A stretch of 64,000 bases of DNA from a virus. The DNA lies in IMG/VR virus record IMGVR_UViG_3300032291_001492, positions 1 to 64,000 of that record. One strand, given 5' to 3'. A program made the translations under genes and the position numbers. The notes under the pieces are model-generated. The model saw nothing but the letters and a program-made list of their open reading frames with translations. It searched no databases and had not been told where the DNA came from. Positions 51,801-57,378 of the stretch are shown one piece after another (position 1 is the stretch's first letter; every line of letters starts with the position of its first letter).

Positions 51801-53195
51801 ACATACTATACTAAAATAATAACTGACACTGAATTCTTGTTATACGATCAGCCATATAATCCAGCATTGAATGCAGTTAATTACCCAGTTACATTCTCAT
51901 CAACTTATATATCAGGCGGTTACGTTTGGTTAGATGGATTATTTACTGTATCATGTACTAATACAATTCGTACATCTTCAAATGGAAATAGAATTACAGT
52001 AGATAGCACTGAGTCATTAATTCCTAATACTCCTGTATACTTTACATCAATAGGTGAAAGTCAAGGTACTAACATATTAGGAAATATCTTAGCAAAGACT
52101 GAATATTATGTTTTAGCGGTAAGACCTGAAGTAACTGCTGGTAATTTTATTGTAGGCAATGAATATGAGATTGTAGATTTAGGAAATACTAATTGGAATA
52201 CTTGTGCCGGAACAGTTAGCGTAACTTATGCAATCGGAGATACTTTTGTTGCAGCCGCAACTGATCCAGGAACTACTGGTATTGCAACTGGTCTACAAGA
52301 GTTTACTATTACTGAAAACAGATTCCCTGATGAAGCTGAAGTTGTATTAACTAATGCTACTGGTAGTGTTGATGTATCACAATTCCAGCAAGTTAATGTT
52401 GATAGATTGTGGGTAACAATAAATGGATACAGAATCCCTTCTTCATTATTGAGAATTAATGAATATAATAATTTAAGTATTTTATCAACTGTTACTACCG
52501 GTGATGAAGTTATCATTACAAGTATGATGCCAACAGCAACACCTAATGAAAATGTATATTTGTTAAATGTAACTACAACAAATCAACCTACAGTTTATAG
52601 AGCAAACACTCAAACTAGAACTTGGTTAACTCAACCATTGAGTTTCACGGATGAAGTTATTTACTTAAATGATGCTACTAGGGTTACTGATTCTATAGTA
52701 CAAGAAGTAATTGCGCCCGCACCAGTTGACGGTAAATATAATATTGGATTAGAAGCTAATAAAAATGTAATATGTCACGTGACCGTGTACAACAATACAA
52801 CTTCAACTTTAGTAGATCCTGCTAATTTTGCAATTATTATCGTTAATTTGGCTCCAATATTACAAATTTCAGATGAAGTAAACACTGGAGATTCGTTGAC
52901 AATAACTACACTTGAGGGAAGATTGTTGTTTGTTAATGGAGAACAGATTGCGTTTGCTGAATGTGACATTATAAATAATACAGTCAGTGGATTAACTAGA
53001 GGGGCAAATGGTACAGGGGAACAAACTTTTATTCCGTTATATTCTGAAGTATTTGGTATTATTCCTAATAACAGAATGACTAATGTAACCTACGGGGCTG
53101 TGTGGAATTCTTACATTTATAATTCCGTAGACGGGGATCCATTGCAAATTAGTCAGACTATAGGTGCAAATTTCTTAAAAGTGGATAGAAGTTAA
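33804..53195 (+). CDS. Giant (6463 aa) multidomain baseplate/receptor-binding virion protein (gp7-like position)
   Basis: Uninterrupted 19.4-kb ORF after gp6. N-terminal LNFLPEIFKT..N..FL.ATLDQL; EVKPYH motif; FG-GAP-like propeller, repeated VFxGxVFGG..G..YY modules and AVGxNGTI propeller repeats. CATAAGTA motif at 33770-33777. Confidence 0.85.
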   Translation: MATRIRTLNFLPEIFKTQTNAQFLAATLDQLVAQPNTKKIQGYVGSRFGYGVNATDYYVTEPTKVRTDYQLDPGVVFLKENDTTANDFISYPGIVDGIKLEGGLTQDNNRLFNSQFYSWDSFTNLDKIINFNEYYWLPDGPDRVIISTDVVFNSSNYLVQSLSNEYLISSESQSATSNPTLTLLRGGSYTFSVNQNTQFWIQGEPGVTGYSPTQPNVQTRDVFGVTNNGAENGVITFEVPAQNALNEYNFPPGPAVGVVSSLPFSQINGARVTEIGGIDGVTALDGLTVMFYNTGIADEIGYIQKFYDQTLFDEDGGVPYNEATDYPGTSEFYNNYEGGFYSPVNSNFYTITLLGDQSNPIIQLTPAGIIPTNQTITPTFGSEWVNRNFYRSVDGAIALVPYNSAILDTLYYQDGTNPNKVGIIRLANSNVSNSLDVVTEILGKPQYTAPNGVVFTNGLKILFQGNVTPEIYNNTEFYVEGVGTAIELIPVADLVSPGAFAEGSYIPFDTTPYDVGNFDSSLYLLIDPDYITIARNAINRNAWSRSNRWFHIDVINATADYNNNPELASVATIYNKASRPIIEFYPNLSLFDSGVIGKQPIDFIDFRTTDAFTLVAGQPTYYPDVAGYTGYSATIAPVLAAVTSKTATQTVGLVNQVILSPDTAGIYVNDTIVFGLVTAGGFVPGTTYKIVTPGNTDFTAIGASSNAVGTVFVATGAGSGTGTAGDVDSEFGGLIAGVTYYITEIFGNRITISTEKQGTSVILSSVAGSMSTSIYPYSTTITVATDEVFGLFEVNQYIADSTGILPAVTFINAITEVGSNTILTVSWYNQEVITGTSVASIVSADTTLSNYALFDGARVVFAADTNLSVRNKIYISRFSSIDGTGTPVITLSEAFDGQVLPDEQTSVYRGYNYKGKDFYFNVENWQQAQQKITINQAPKFDIYDENGISFGDSTVYIGTSFTGCSLFQYGLGTGISDPVLGFPLRYSTVNNIGDVSFDVTLDSQTFNYVQGTNPITQKVNTGYVYNYTSRTSFVRQLGWQTAVSPSVQYQIFEFNWSIDNPITNFVCDIAPVSSSSTNWPTVQVYINNTYLPDTDFTVSTTDNTTTVTISQIDAVNTVVQVLILSDQVSSTAYYQIPINLSNNPFNEDVTTVNIGDIRGQYQSMFFNNPNTLGPVFGRNNFRDLGNLVPWGNRIIQNSASLVLPGTFLRKQNHNLFNSILYNSRQYITFKNLLIDTVNNTDYNRMLSPAEMLDDAMDQITSTKTDSQPFFWSDMLPSKAPYISNTYSFANTLDVSIYPLSRIYDFDKANYYGVLVYLIRDSITSQLISGVDYTVSTSAPSLTVTLDLLSNDQIVINEYNQTYGSYVPNTPTKLGLYPSTIPAVVVDTAYFEPTYFIVGHDGSYNKLFGSYDSTTGQLEDFRDQVLLEYETRIYNNLKLSNVIPIQTYEVIPGFFRDLQYSYDEFLEVYSESFLDWVGQNRVDYKRQFYNPVNEFSYNYRNSGNKINREAIQQGYFRGLYLYYYDTTTPNVTPWQMIGYADQPTWWTERYGPAPYTSDNLILWNDLAEGIDWNNGNPVVITEYIRPELLQVLPVDSNGDLVSPLTSIVGNYNNNIFKRDWKVGDVGPTEFSYRRSSTWPFDLMRLYALAKPANFFNLAVDVDNYKYSAEFDQYLVNNRSHLQLGDIPIYGLGTPATSYINWIVDFEKQVGIDATTDITTLLKNLDVRLVYRVAGFSDKNLLKFYVEKSSANTTNSSLLIPDESYSVLLYDNQPFDRIVYSGVVIQITENGYQVYGNSQTNAYFKILLPKNSGYSETIEVENLSVRIADQYTDKVGIIPYGTEFYSVQEVAQFLSSYGKYLENQGMKFDQIENGIPVNWAQMIAEFLYWSQIGWEIGSITTINPSASTLVIDKDSSVVQPLTVRQRNFVLNQNLFPIQSIDLNVVRQDTAFTAQPLNQGDAISYGQFNISNFEHGIVFDNVTLFNDIIYNLITGLRQYRVSVRGAITADWNGTVDAAGFILNQDNIQEWNREIKYTKGEIVLYKNRYWTSLTIVQPKVLFDERDWKETNYNEIQKGLLPNSQTRSFESTLYYNTDSANLENDADLLSFSLIGYRPRDYLALADLTDITQVNVYKNMIKEKGTLNAASAFKGANLPQGGINYDIYENWAIKSGEFGGVLNNNFIEFNLNQASLTGNPSIVGLTNGIFTDGVQQEVPLYSIFNYGRPITSPNILPTISASEPSSLFPTAGYVNYNDVKMSSYYYSGLATATNASGTIVPINEFYVRDYVWLANYLSDWRVYTPVSLGSIINAKNNLNGTVTITFSQAHNLTRFELFGITNFDVAINNYYLVAAVVDPVRVIINLSLSPSTLNIVGQGIGLRMQSQRVATAPEIVDLPLLNNEFTKSKVWVDENNDGSWAVYRKSLNYQYDAEIIRASSQTFGSAVAYTTPMGYLIGDADVGAVYRYTFNAEANTYTLDQAITNSTSFGSYISYADDLFVISEPTSGSPKVYVYQLITTTLVDNLNSYQTISAPGGVTDWGSTTAISGDQNWLYISDTGNARVYVYRKSTLTNLYESVGYISVAGLTSADNFGFSIATDYYGDTVVIGAPDQDYNVNTDNYGYVYVFARTVQNFIAPSTSQSYIPQTFALSWSPVTVTQTATATDSTNDRITITSSAGFSVNDPVVFSGDILSSGAISQNTVYYVYDKPTATTFRIASTRNAAAPIELTTASGPPNMTVTVQTTPLFVNINGTLLEDDSYAVIGSTLYVYSGLTPTLNAGDILSVSGSNFVLTQTLDNGQTPRVGVQFGQSVDTNTYANEILVGAPFELSADNYEGAVHRFTNGGEKYGFIIGTANCNITTPRTILINGYQVILPIGNATNASNFINAANIPNVSATSIDGKLVIQLVDIAIGFAGSKLSLTVLNSATPAEMGINIYTATQTIACPHLTGPTQFGSVIKFNEFGSFIASAPTGTRYSATTFDFTDDELDNDTVFDNNATQWIDTFTNAGAVYMFDYISAYNESLNNPGKFVYAQSTNAENIDYGSQPYYGQALDFNDNRVTVGTPNFRPGYDNGQVVAYTSTSTEQDWAVYRSSAPIVDINGIANIQLFSGSSNTTLDNLDYFDPLQGKLLGAIRENIDVISNSDPAAYNSPNSIQRGLVWGADKVGQLWFDTSNTRFVNYHQNDIVYNSAYWGRIFSGSDVAVYSWVVSNVSPLDYIGPGIPYDIDTYTVNGVINAEGTIVPLYYFWVRNTNIVFEKTGKTLADSTLEAYISQPQNTGISYFAPLQPNIFALYNSGDYLNGNDTVLHIGYATGTNDDPIHNQYELIRADYADDFLSGVPGSGAGYQTRSSTGITEPISLYNRMLDSMCGVDNAGAVVPNPFLPRAVQTGVLARPRQSFFYDRYDALKNYLQYANEVLAQFPITEIRNPSFLNTTGATNPSTVDNPDWTGSVLPFYDTTNYWSYINWWAPGYDNNTKSALQVPIYADLSTLTVTPGTIVTVATNGNGNSETYIYNVDGSWTRIGLTNGTIEFSSALWDYSTYRLGFGDNFFDTTPYDNYPSEETRYIIRSLNEEIYNNELLIFRNKSLILLFEYIQSETSENQNYLPWLNKTSFLDVSHTIRELRPIEVFQSDNELFLEGYMNEVKPYHVVIKEFLFKYTGTDVYEGDITDFDLPAQYNSSVQQFITPELVYSNPNGDNQYLPNDPIWQTAPYIQWFNNHGVSIVGENDYPISVLTSYIATNSNSCYVDNVTGFPVTGTILIGTELIGYSSVNLLTNQLLGLARGLQNTVIQQHIPGETIFIDLPAVLVLNAGRLYDNPPKITAITDTTIYPEPTVPAQFEAVMGLGTVIGINVINPGQGYAVLPKIEIDPAVVVEVNSTQVNISNNTIELTIPTLQTGDLIVYQPGTNSTVIGGLTSGQKYYVNLLEVSPAPIIALYASYIDADRDHNRVVLTSTGSGVQKLNLGAVASCITSSVPVRENSINLRFDRTSYTSQVTEWASGDFYGSFYAGTYSNSDQVSSSSIALQSTQPPIDTILASAQGATFEILDATNDQTLTWSSRTRETVQTYGPATLYPNAIRINPSTGGSPVAGELGSTVGFYIGMPVKFVGATVGNLVNETTYYVKSLVDLPNLVTSNPEATGFTISATVDEDGVPGSTFVLSTATVTAAGLPMFVGEVTNTAVLTINYSGIRNATVTTSGTNTITVLLTATGQNGTNGLYTGIPVYFTGNVFGGISENEIYYVTTVTGPQTFTMSTQTNPTTLTITETDSVTDAITCDSTLTLSLNEPIVFTGDVFGNIVEGTQYYIRELFSGNITFSISETINGPVFALASDTGSCTMISQKDTVTLQDDIGSMTMNVSLPVSPGQVNGQLFTLYPTSQQYINQTGVVTNLIERDINATLSTVNRLCLSTFTGGILNLYTNFEFDVASNIGGLTTSGGPYIVTAVGTTTVNVSSTSGSGNWLTVPLDTNPYTTDVLYSGMPIIFSGVSLGGVLLNTVYYVDTIDASPPVGSGRFTISETSDLSSGIFVVTNDNGDMVGTGDPFIQVADTLSNATGPVMLTQTVGTTPTFDVSYILGGYRVTIQNPGSVFAIDNTITILGTNLGGTTPENDLVLTVSSINTTGGIVSTICNGTPAGTTEQYYFKVVSENQVEVYENAALSVPVSGQNFPYVGITSTTATIATASNDRFTVTSSADFSINDPVVFTGTVFGGVTLGQTYYIKSKPTGTTVTITETVDGTVFNITTNATGSMTMAKSGDYALLPEPFFFSPSIVKYNNRVYQCIVSNNDPEFILGKWELLDPGNRKLNGLDRVIAYYRPTVNMPGVDLTQLVTGITYPNSTYLGNAFAPDDEFTVDVNLTDQPFYPTGIDLSTIIWNGISYLAGSNAETYSSINLSETGSSWVINKISNQPIGITDLLFAGGSYVLTSNNPATPILISDNGFTWISNGTFTPFDSTPYDITTFDISSVNVPSLLLNGVVYYNGIYIAVGNNIISSTDLYSWVERYAFTSTTLSNVLNDVAYVSTPGYTGFVAVGLGQRLISGTAVNVALIFTSTDGYNWNQVSFTDTVFSLNAIASNSGSIVAVGNNGIIYVSFNTVNWFAQTSPVSENLNNIIWDSYNNQFVAVGDNGTILTGDANGNAWTARTSGTTEDIQSVVWNNDDGIYIAVGLNNTILQSADAITWISIATFEVLPSVYDIQGDAFTAGYGPEEMVPGVVSDTITMTVATRPGTNWDETVYQHVGYNVVSIELSPINALQTEYSFVNITSTPAQLSVFIIDYTTELSTTIYQGIDYTIDWINKVVTLTNPLSFVTEGTSDRLRIDVYEVGNGDQLVKANTETDPIRLNTTTGFQEIYVNANYSADIYQGSGIIRPNTNPLEAIAIATDETTDAITCESVENFVLNGTITFSGAVFGGIVEDQVYYVKSISYISNRITISEIFNTGSGTAGATFPLTTATGLMTAIIQVGTGTVWTPPSVFHNGTKLVLGHTANITRTKSGTNTITTNTTGDLVPNLSIKFSSTMFGGVIVPLQTYYIKTIYDGNEFTISETPGGAELELTNATGGAIFISGDYAIGIADNGISAAVLLANEYDALTDYITYTFFGQTLPVQYGYTLPEVQLFEGDGSTASFTLTNYVGDSNVTSAIVEIDGIRQTISAYNISAISNTILFNTPPANGSTIAVTSYNLTDRQYFNTQYGITGSSGATTTTIVVSDTTHSVGTFDQDTPTIETFDQDTPSVVLYDQELDWLTLGSGSTSSLSINFPIVFQAPTLGGLIAGQIYYVVEILNSTDFVVSTQVDGTPTTVTTDSGSMNGVVNGLTVANIININNAISSPLTTVLVTGTTGGASDYVVCGSTTGLIVDQPIIFKAAITTAGSFVVGKTYKITTLTGTSQVQWNTTAGTSGVTYVVGDIFTAATVGAGTGQALLTDLGGINTLGEVYFVRSVASGTEFTIKDQYGTLVNLTTASGSLVGFMGGLSAISVTTGIDHNLSENEIVRIDGTLGSVQLNNNTYYTKIITDTEFLLYDQPYNPALNAVNYPVTFSSTYISGGYVWLDGLFTVSCTNTIRTSSNGNRITVDSTESLIPNTPVYFTSIGESQGTNILGNILAKTEYYVLAVRPEVTAGNFIVGNEYEIVDLGNTNWNTCAGTVSVTYAIGDTFVAAATDPGTTGIATGLQEFTITENRFPDEAEVVLTNATGSVDVSQFQQVNVDRLWVTINGYRIPSSLLRINEYNNLSILSTVTTGDEVIITSMMPTATPNENVYLLNVTTTNQPTVYRANTQTRTWLTQPLSFTDEVIYLNDATRVTDSIVQEVIAPAPVDGKYNIGLEANKNVICHVTVYNNTTSTLVDPANFAIIIVNLAPILQISDEVNTGDSLTITTLEGRLLFVNGEQIAFAECDIINNTVSGLTRGANGTGEQTFIPLYSEVFGIIPNNRMTNVTYGAVWNSYIYNSVDGDPLQISQTIGANFLKVDRS

Positions 53196-53210
53196 AAGAT
53201 AAATAAATAT

Positions 53211-53363
53211 ATGAACGAAAACTTGGAAAATTCAAAGCAAGAGCAACCCGAAAAATCTGGGCCAAAACCCAATGAACACGGTGGGTTTTATTTTTCTTCT
53301 AGTGTTAAAATAACAGATCCTAATAGCAAAGAAATATTAGTCCACATGCGAGGCGATAACTAA
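53211..53363 (+). CDS. Small 50-aa protein (MNENLENSKQEQPEKSGPKPNEHGGFYFSSSVKITDPNSKEILVHMRGDN), below the ORF-track cutoff
   Basis: Follows GATAAATA at 53198-53205; TAATG coupling to the next gene. Its KITDPNSKEI segment echoes KIYDPNNGEI at the start of the next protein. Confidence 0.75.
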   Translation: MNENLENSKQEQPEKSGPKPNEHGGFYFSSSVKITDPNSKEILVHMRGDN

Positions 53364-53983
53364 TGTCAGTAATTACACTATCATATAAAATAGAAGGATT
53401 TTTAAAAATCTACGACCCTAATAACGGGGAAATATTTGTAGATAAGAAAAATGCCATCAACTATGAAAATATGTCAGAAGCAATCGCTGACACTCTAAGT
53501 AGTCGTGGATACGGTGAAATATACGAGATGGCATTTGGAAACGGCGGGGCAAGCGTTTCCGATACAGGTGTCATCACATATTTGCCACCTAATACCACAG
53601 GACAAAATGCAGCCTTGTACAACCAAACTTACGCTAAAATAGTTGATGATACTAGCGTTTTTAACTTAGACCCAACTAGAAACAAAATGACAGTTTCGCA
53701 TACTACGGGCAAAGTTTACACAGATATTTTGGTTCAGTGTTTATTAGATTACGGCGAGCCTGCAGGGCAGGCAGCTTTTGACAATAGTACGTCAACAGAT
53801 TCAGCATATATTTTTGATGAATTGGGTTTACTTGCAAATTACGGTACAGATAATGATGGAAACGTCATTACTAGATTATTAACTCATGTGATTTTTCACC
53901 CCGTACAAAAGAGTTTAAATAGACAGATTCAAATAGACTACACAGTTAGAATTCAAAGTCTGACTAATTTAGTGACAATATAA
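53363..53983 (+). CDS. Baseplate/tail structural protein
   Basis: KKNAINYENMS, MAFGNGG, LDYGEP.GQ.AFD, FDELGL, LLTHVIFHPVQKSLNR.IQI.YTVRI. Confidence 0.7.
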   Translation: MSVITLSYKIEGFLKIYDPNNGEIFVDKKNAINYENMSEAIADTLSSRGYGEIYEMAFGNGGASVSDTGVITYLPPNTTGQNAALYNQTYAKIVDDTSVFNLDPTRNKMTVSHTTGKVYTDILVQCLLDYGEPAGQAAFDNSTSTDSAYIFDELGLLANYGTDNDGNVITRLLTHVIFHPVQKSLNRQIQIDYTVRIQSLTNLVTI

Positions 53984-54014
53984 GATAAATAACAGATATC
54001 GGAGAAATTTTAAA

Positions 54015-55259
54015 ATGGCATATACAATTGTAAAATCAAATGGACAGGTCTTAACCACCATCCCTGACGGTACTATCAATACTAGCAGTACATCATTAGG
54101 CTTACCCGGAAGAAATTTTGCTGGTTACGGACAGTACATTGACACAAACTTTGTCCATATGATGGAAAATTTTGCCGACACTGCCCCACCTGCAAACCCA
54201 TTGCAAGGTCAATTATGGTACAATACTAATGCTAATACGCTTTATGTATGTCCTGCTGACGGAACAGCAAACGCTAATGCATGGTTAGCACTGACTTCAA
54301 CCTCAGGTGGCGGAACAACAACATTTGGTGCGGTTACAATCACAGGAAATTTAACAGCAAATAATTCAACTATTACAAACGGAATTACTGCTGATACAAT
54401 CACAGTTAGATTAGCCACAGTAACAGATTTAGCTACCATTGCTAATGCAAACGTTACAACTGCTAATATAGGAACAACAAATACAACAACAATTTCAGCT
54501 GGTTCACAATCAACTAATGGCACATTGACTGGTGTGTGGACTGCTAATGGTTCAGGTACTGCAAACAGTGTTGCCGGAACAAGTATGTGGATCACTGGTG
54601 GTAACTTAGTTATCACCGGTGGTGCAAGTTTAGGTATCAGAACAGATAATTATTACTATGCTAACGGAACACCAATCAGTTTTGCTGGTACATATAACAA
54701 CGGTAATGTGTTTGACTATTTGACAGGATCAAATGCAGTTTCAAGATTTGGTGGCGCAATTGCAGTGTCGAGTATTACCACAGCTAATATAACAACAGGC
54801 GCTTCGGGTACAGCTGGTCAATTAACTGGTAACTTTACATTAAGTAGTGGTTCACGATTAAATGCAACATACGCTGACTTAGCAGAACGTTTTGAAGCAG
54901 ATGCTTCATATGATGCCGGTACAGTAGTTGAATTAGGCGGATCCAAAGAAATTACTGCTGTTCAGTATGAATTAAGCGAAGATGTATTTGGTGTTATATC
55001 TGACACAGCGGCTTATTTAATGAATTCAGCAGCCGGTTCAAACGATACTCACCCTCCAGTAGCAATGACTGGTCGAGTACAAGTTAAAGTAATGGGTGTA
55101 GTTAAAAAGGGTGATAGATTAGTTAGTGCAGGCAAAGGAATTGCTAGGGCAGCTAAAAAAGGCGAAGCTAATGCATTCAATACTATTGGTCGCTCATTAG
55201 CAAATAAAACTGATGAACAACTCGGCACCGTATTAGCAACCGTAGTTATTGCAAGATAA
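54015..55259 (+). CDS. Tail fibre-like protein with C-terminal intramolecular-chaperone (YADLAE) domain
   Basis: L.L.GRN.AGYG...ENFA...PP..P..GQLWY N-terminus; ATYADLAERFEAD, GVIS...AYLMN, VAMTGRV.VKV, KGDRLVSA; GATAAATA at 53984-53991. Confidence 0.8.
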   Translation: MAYTIVKSNGQVLTTIPDGTINTSSTSLGLPGRNFAGYGQYIDTNFVHMMENFADTAPPANPLQGQLWYNTNANTLYVCPADGTANANAWLALTSTSGGGTTTFGAVTITGNLTANNSTITNGITADTITVRLATVTDLATIANANVTTANIGTTNTTTISAGSQSTNGTLTGVWTANGSGTANSVAGTSMWITGGNLVITGGASLGIRTDNYYYANGTPISFAGTYNNGNVFDYLTGSNAVSRFGGAIAVSSITTANITTGASGTAGQLTGNFTLSSGSRLNATYADLAERFEADASYDAGTVVELGGSKEITAVQYELSEDVFGVISDTAAYLMNSAAGSNDTHPPVAMTGRVQVKVMGVVKKGDRLVSAGKGIARAAKKGEANAFNTIGRSLANKTDEQLGTVLATVVIAR

Positions 55260-55268
55260 GGAATAAAA

Positions 55269-56225
55269 ATGGCATACGCACAATTTGGTACAATTCAAGC
55301 CGCAGATTTTAACACATTAGTCGGTGGTGACCCGGTAACTTCATCAGGTACATTAAATGCTGTTTGGGCAACAGGTGGAACTAATGCTGGGTATGGTCAA
55401 ACAGCAGTGGCTAACGTAGCAGTTGGTGCCGTAGTTGCAGCAAATCAGCAATGGGCAAATTTGGTAACATATACTGCTAACTCGGCAACACATCAAGGCA
55501 CTTCAATAACTGCGGTGTCCGCACCGGTTACAGGCGGAACTATTACATATCTGTCTGCAATCCCTACAAACCTAACTTCAATTTATAATAGTAGATTAAA
55601 CGCAGCCACACAAGGTGCAACTACTTCTAATTCAGCGGTATATGGTAGTACTTGGACAGCTGGTATTACTTTTACACATACTGTTACCTTTGCAAATGGA
55701 AATGCCGCAAGATATTTCTTTAACTCAGGTGGTCAATTAAAAGTAACATGTTCACATGCAAACTCAACTGCTGGTATTAATTTATTATTAAATAATTTGG
55801 CAAGTAATGTGGGAACGGTTGTTATGAGTTCGCCTACATCAGGTGCAATCACAGTATCAGGTACATCTTATAATGGAATTACTAAGATTGGTGGGGGAGG
55901 TAATGCACCTACTATTAGTACTAACACAGGGTACTTTGCGTTGACTACATCCAATGCAACAATATTTACACAAACAGCAAGTACAGGTCCTTCTGGATAT
56001 CTGGGAACATTTATTCGTATGATTGCAAAATCAAATGGAACTCAAGGTGCAAACGGAGATGCAGGTAGTGTTATAACCATATACACTATTTGGGATGAAG
56101 TTCCGGACGGTCTTACTGCTGGTACAGGTTCAACCACAACTGTTACTGCACAAGCACCAGAAACAACTAATATAGCTAATACCTGGGGTGCAATAACTAT
56201 ATCAGGTACAGTTTCTGGTTCATGA
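55269..56225 (+). CDS. Virion structural protein (fibre-associated)
   Basis: Thr/Gly/Ala-rich beta protein with I.A.DFN, GYGQ and ARYFFN.GG motifs; AAGGA RBS. Confidence 0.65.
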   Translation: MAYAQFGTIQAADFNTLVGGDPVTSSGTLNAVWATGGTNAGYGQTAVANVAVGAVVAANQQWANLVTYTANSATHQGTSITAVSAPVTGGTITYLSAIPTNLTSIYNSRLNAATQGATTSNSAVYGSTWTAGITFTHTVTFANGNAARYFFNSGGQLKVTCSHANSTAGINLLLNNLASNVGTVVMSSPTSGAITVSGTSYNGITKIGGGGNAPTISTNTGYFALTTSNATIFTQTASTGPSGYLGTFIRMIAKSNGTQGANGDAGSVITIYTIWDEVPDGLTAGTGSTTTVTAQAPETTNIANTWGAITISGTVSGS

Positions 56226-56250
56226 TTTTTATTAACGTCTTTGTATCTAT

Positions 56251-56257
56251 CTAAATA
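56251..56257 (+). promoter_or_regulatory. Late promoter variant (CTAAATA) heading the glycosyltransferase/radical SAM operon
   Basis: Followed by AGGAG RBS and the ATG at 56273. Confidence 0.55.
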
Positions 56258-56272
56258 CTCTTAGGAGTACAC

Positions 56273-56578
56273 ATGGATACAAAGACATTGATTTCCGAAG
56301 CTAAAGCCCGCTTCAATCACAACTCAGCCAAAGCATACTTAAAGGACAAGTACGATAGTAAGTTTATCGTAGCAGACCAATCAGGGCTTTGGAGAGCCGA
56401 CTTAGAAACTATTAATTTTTTAACTGCCTACACAGATGAATGGGTTATTTTAATTGACACCTTTAAAAATCCAGTCAGAGTAAACAGAGTTACTCTACTT
56501 GAAAAACTTTCTGAAACATACAAATCTGTTATGGATGATTGGTATACAGAATGGACTGAATTAGAGAAAAAAAGATGA
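56273..56578 (+). CDS. Hypothetical protein (101 aa), first gene of the operon
   Basis: Strong RBS; ATGA overlap with the next gene. Confidence 0.8.
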   Translation: MDTKTLISEAKARFNHNSAKAYLKDKYDSKFIVADQSGLWRADLETINFLTAYTDEWVILIDTFKNPVRVNRVTLLEKLSETYKSVMDDWYTEWTELEKKR

Positions 56579-57378
56579 GTAGAGGGGCATTATTATTTGC
56601 ATTTAATAGTCCTAAATTTAACTACTATGACATGGCAGTAGCAACTGCTAAACGCATTAATCACTTTTTGGACATTCCGGTTACTATAGTAACGGATAAC
56701 GAATCATTGCCTGAAAATCAAAGTTACACGTTTGACAATGTTATATTAGCAGAGGCTGACAAAAACAATAAGCGTGACTGGGGTATGTGGATAAATAAAG
56801 GTCGATATCGTGCTTTTAATTTAAGTCCATATGATGAAACTTTGTTGTTAGATACTGATTATATGGTAAATTCAAATAAGTTATTAAAAACTTTTGATTT
56901 ACCTACTGATTTTTGTTGCCATGATACAACTAGTTTCCTAATGTATCCTGATGCCGCACAAGAAGTACTCAGTTCATATAGTTTTAAAACACTATGGGCA
57001 ACTGCAATTACTTTTAAAAAAACAAAAAGATCAAAATTAATATTTGATTGTTTAGAAATGGTTCAGAAAAATTTTGAACATTATGCAAACCTTCATGGTT
57101 TTATTTCTGTAACTTTTCGCAATGACTATGGATTGACGTTAGCTACTAGAATAGTTAACGGACATACTACTCCTATAGAAGACATAATTCCCTGGAATCT
57201 ATTACACGCAGGTAAAAACACCACCATATATAAAAATAGTGATGATGAATTTAATACTGACTATACTATAATGTTTGATAATTGGAATAAAGGTAAAATT
57301 CGCAAAGAATATATAATCATTAAAGATACTGACTTTCATGTTATGAACAAAGAAAACTTTTTGGAGTTAATCAAATGA
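56575..57378 (+). CDS. GT-A-fold glycosyltransferase-like protein
   Basis: GALLFA.N....Y..MA...A, VTIVTD, SPYDETLLLDTDY (DxD), FRND. Confidence 0.7.
   Translation: MSRGALLFAFNSPKFNYYDMAVATAKRINHFLDIPVTIVTDNESLPENQSYTFDNVILAEADKNNKRDWGMWINKGRYRAFNLSPYDETLLLDTDYMVNSNKLLKTFDLPTDFCCHDTTSFLMYPDAAQEVLSSYSFKTLWATAITFKKTKRSKLIFDCLEMVQKNFEHYANLHGFISVTFRNDYGLTLATRIVNGHTTPIEDIIPWNLLHAGKNTTIYKNSDDEFNTDYTIMFDNWNKGKIRKEYIIIKDTDFHVMNKENFLELIK

Noticed and set aside
33804-53195. Inteins or introns as the reason for the giant ORF length
   Set aside because: No LAGLIDADG or HN-C/S/T splice motifs noticed; the length is explained by repeated beta-rich modules.
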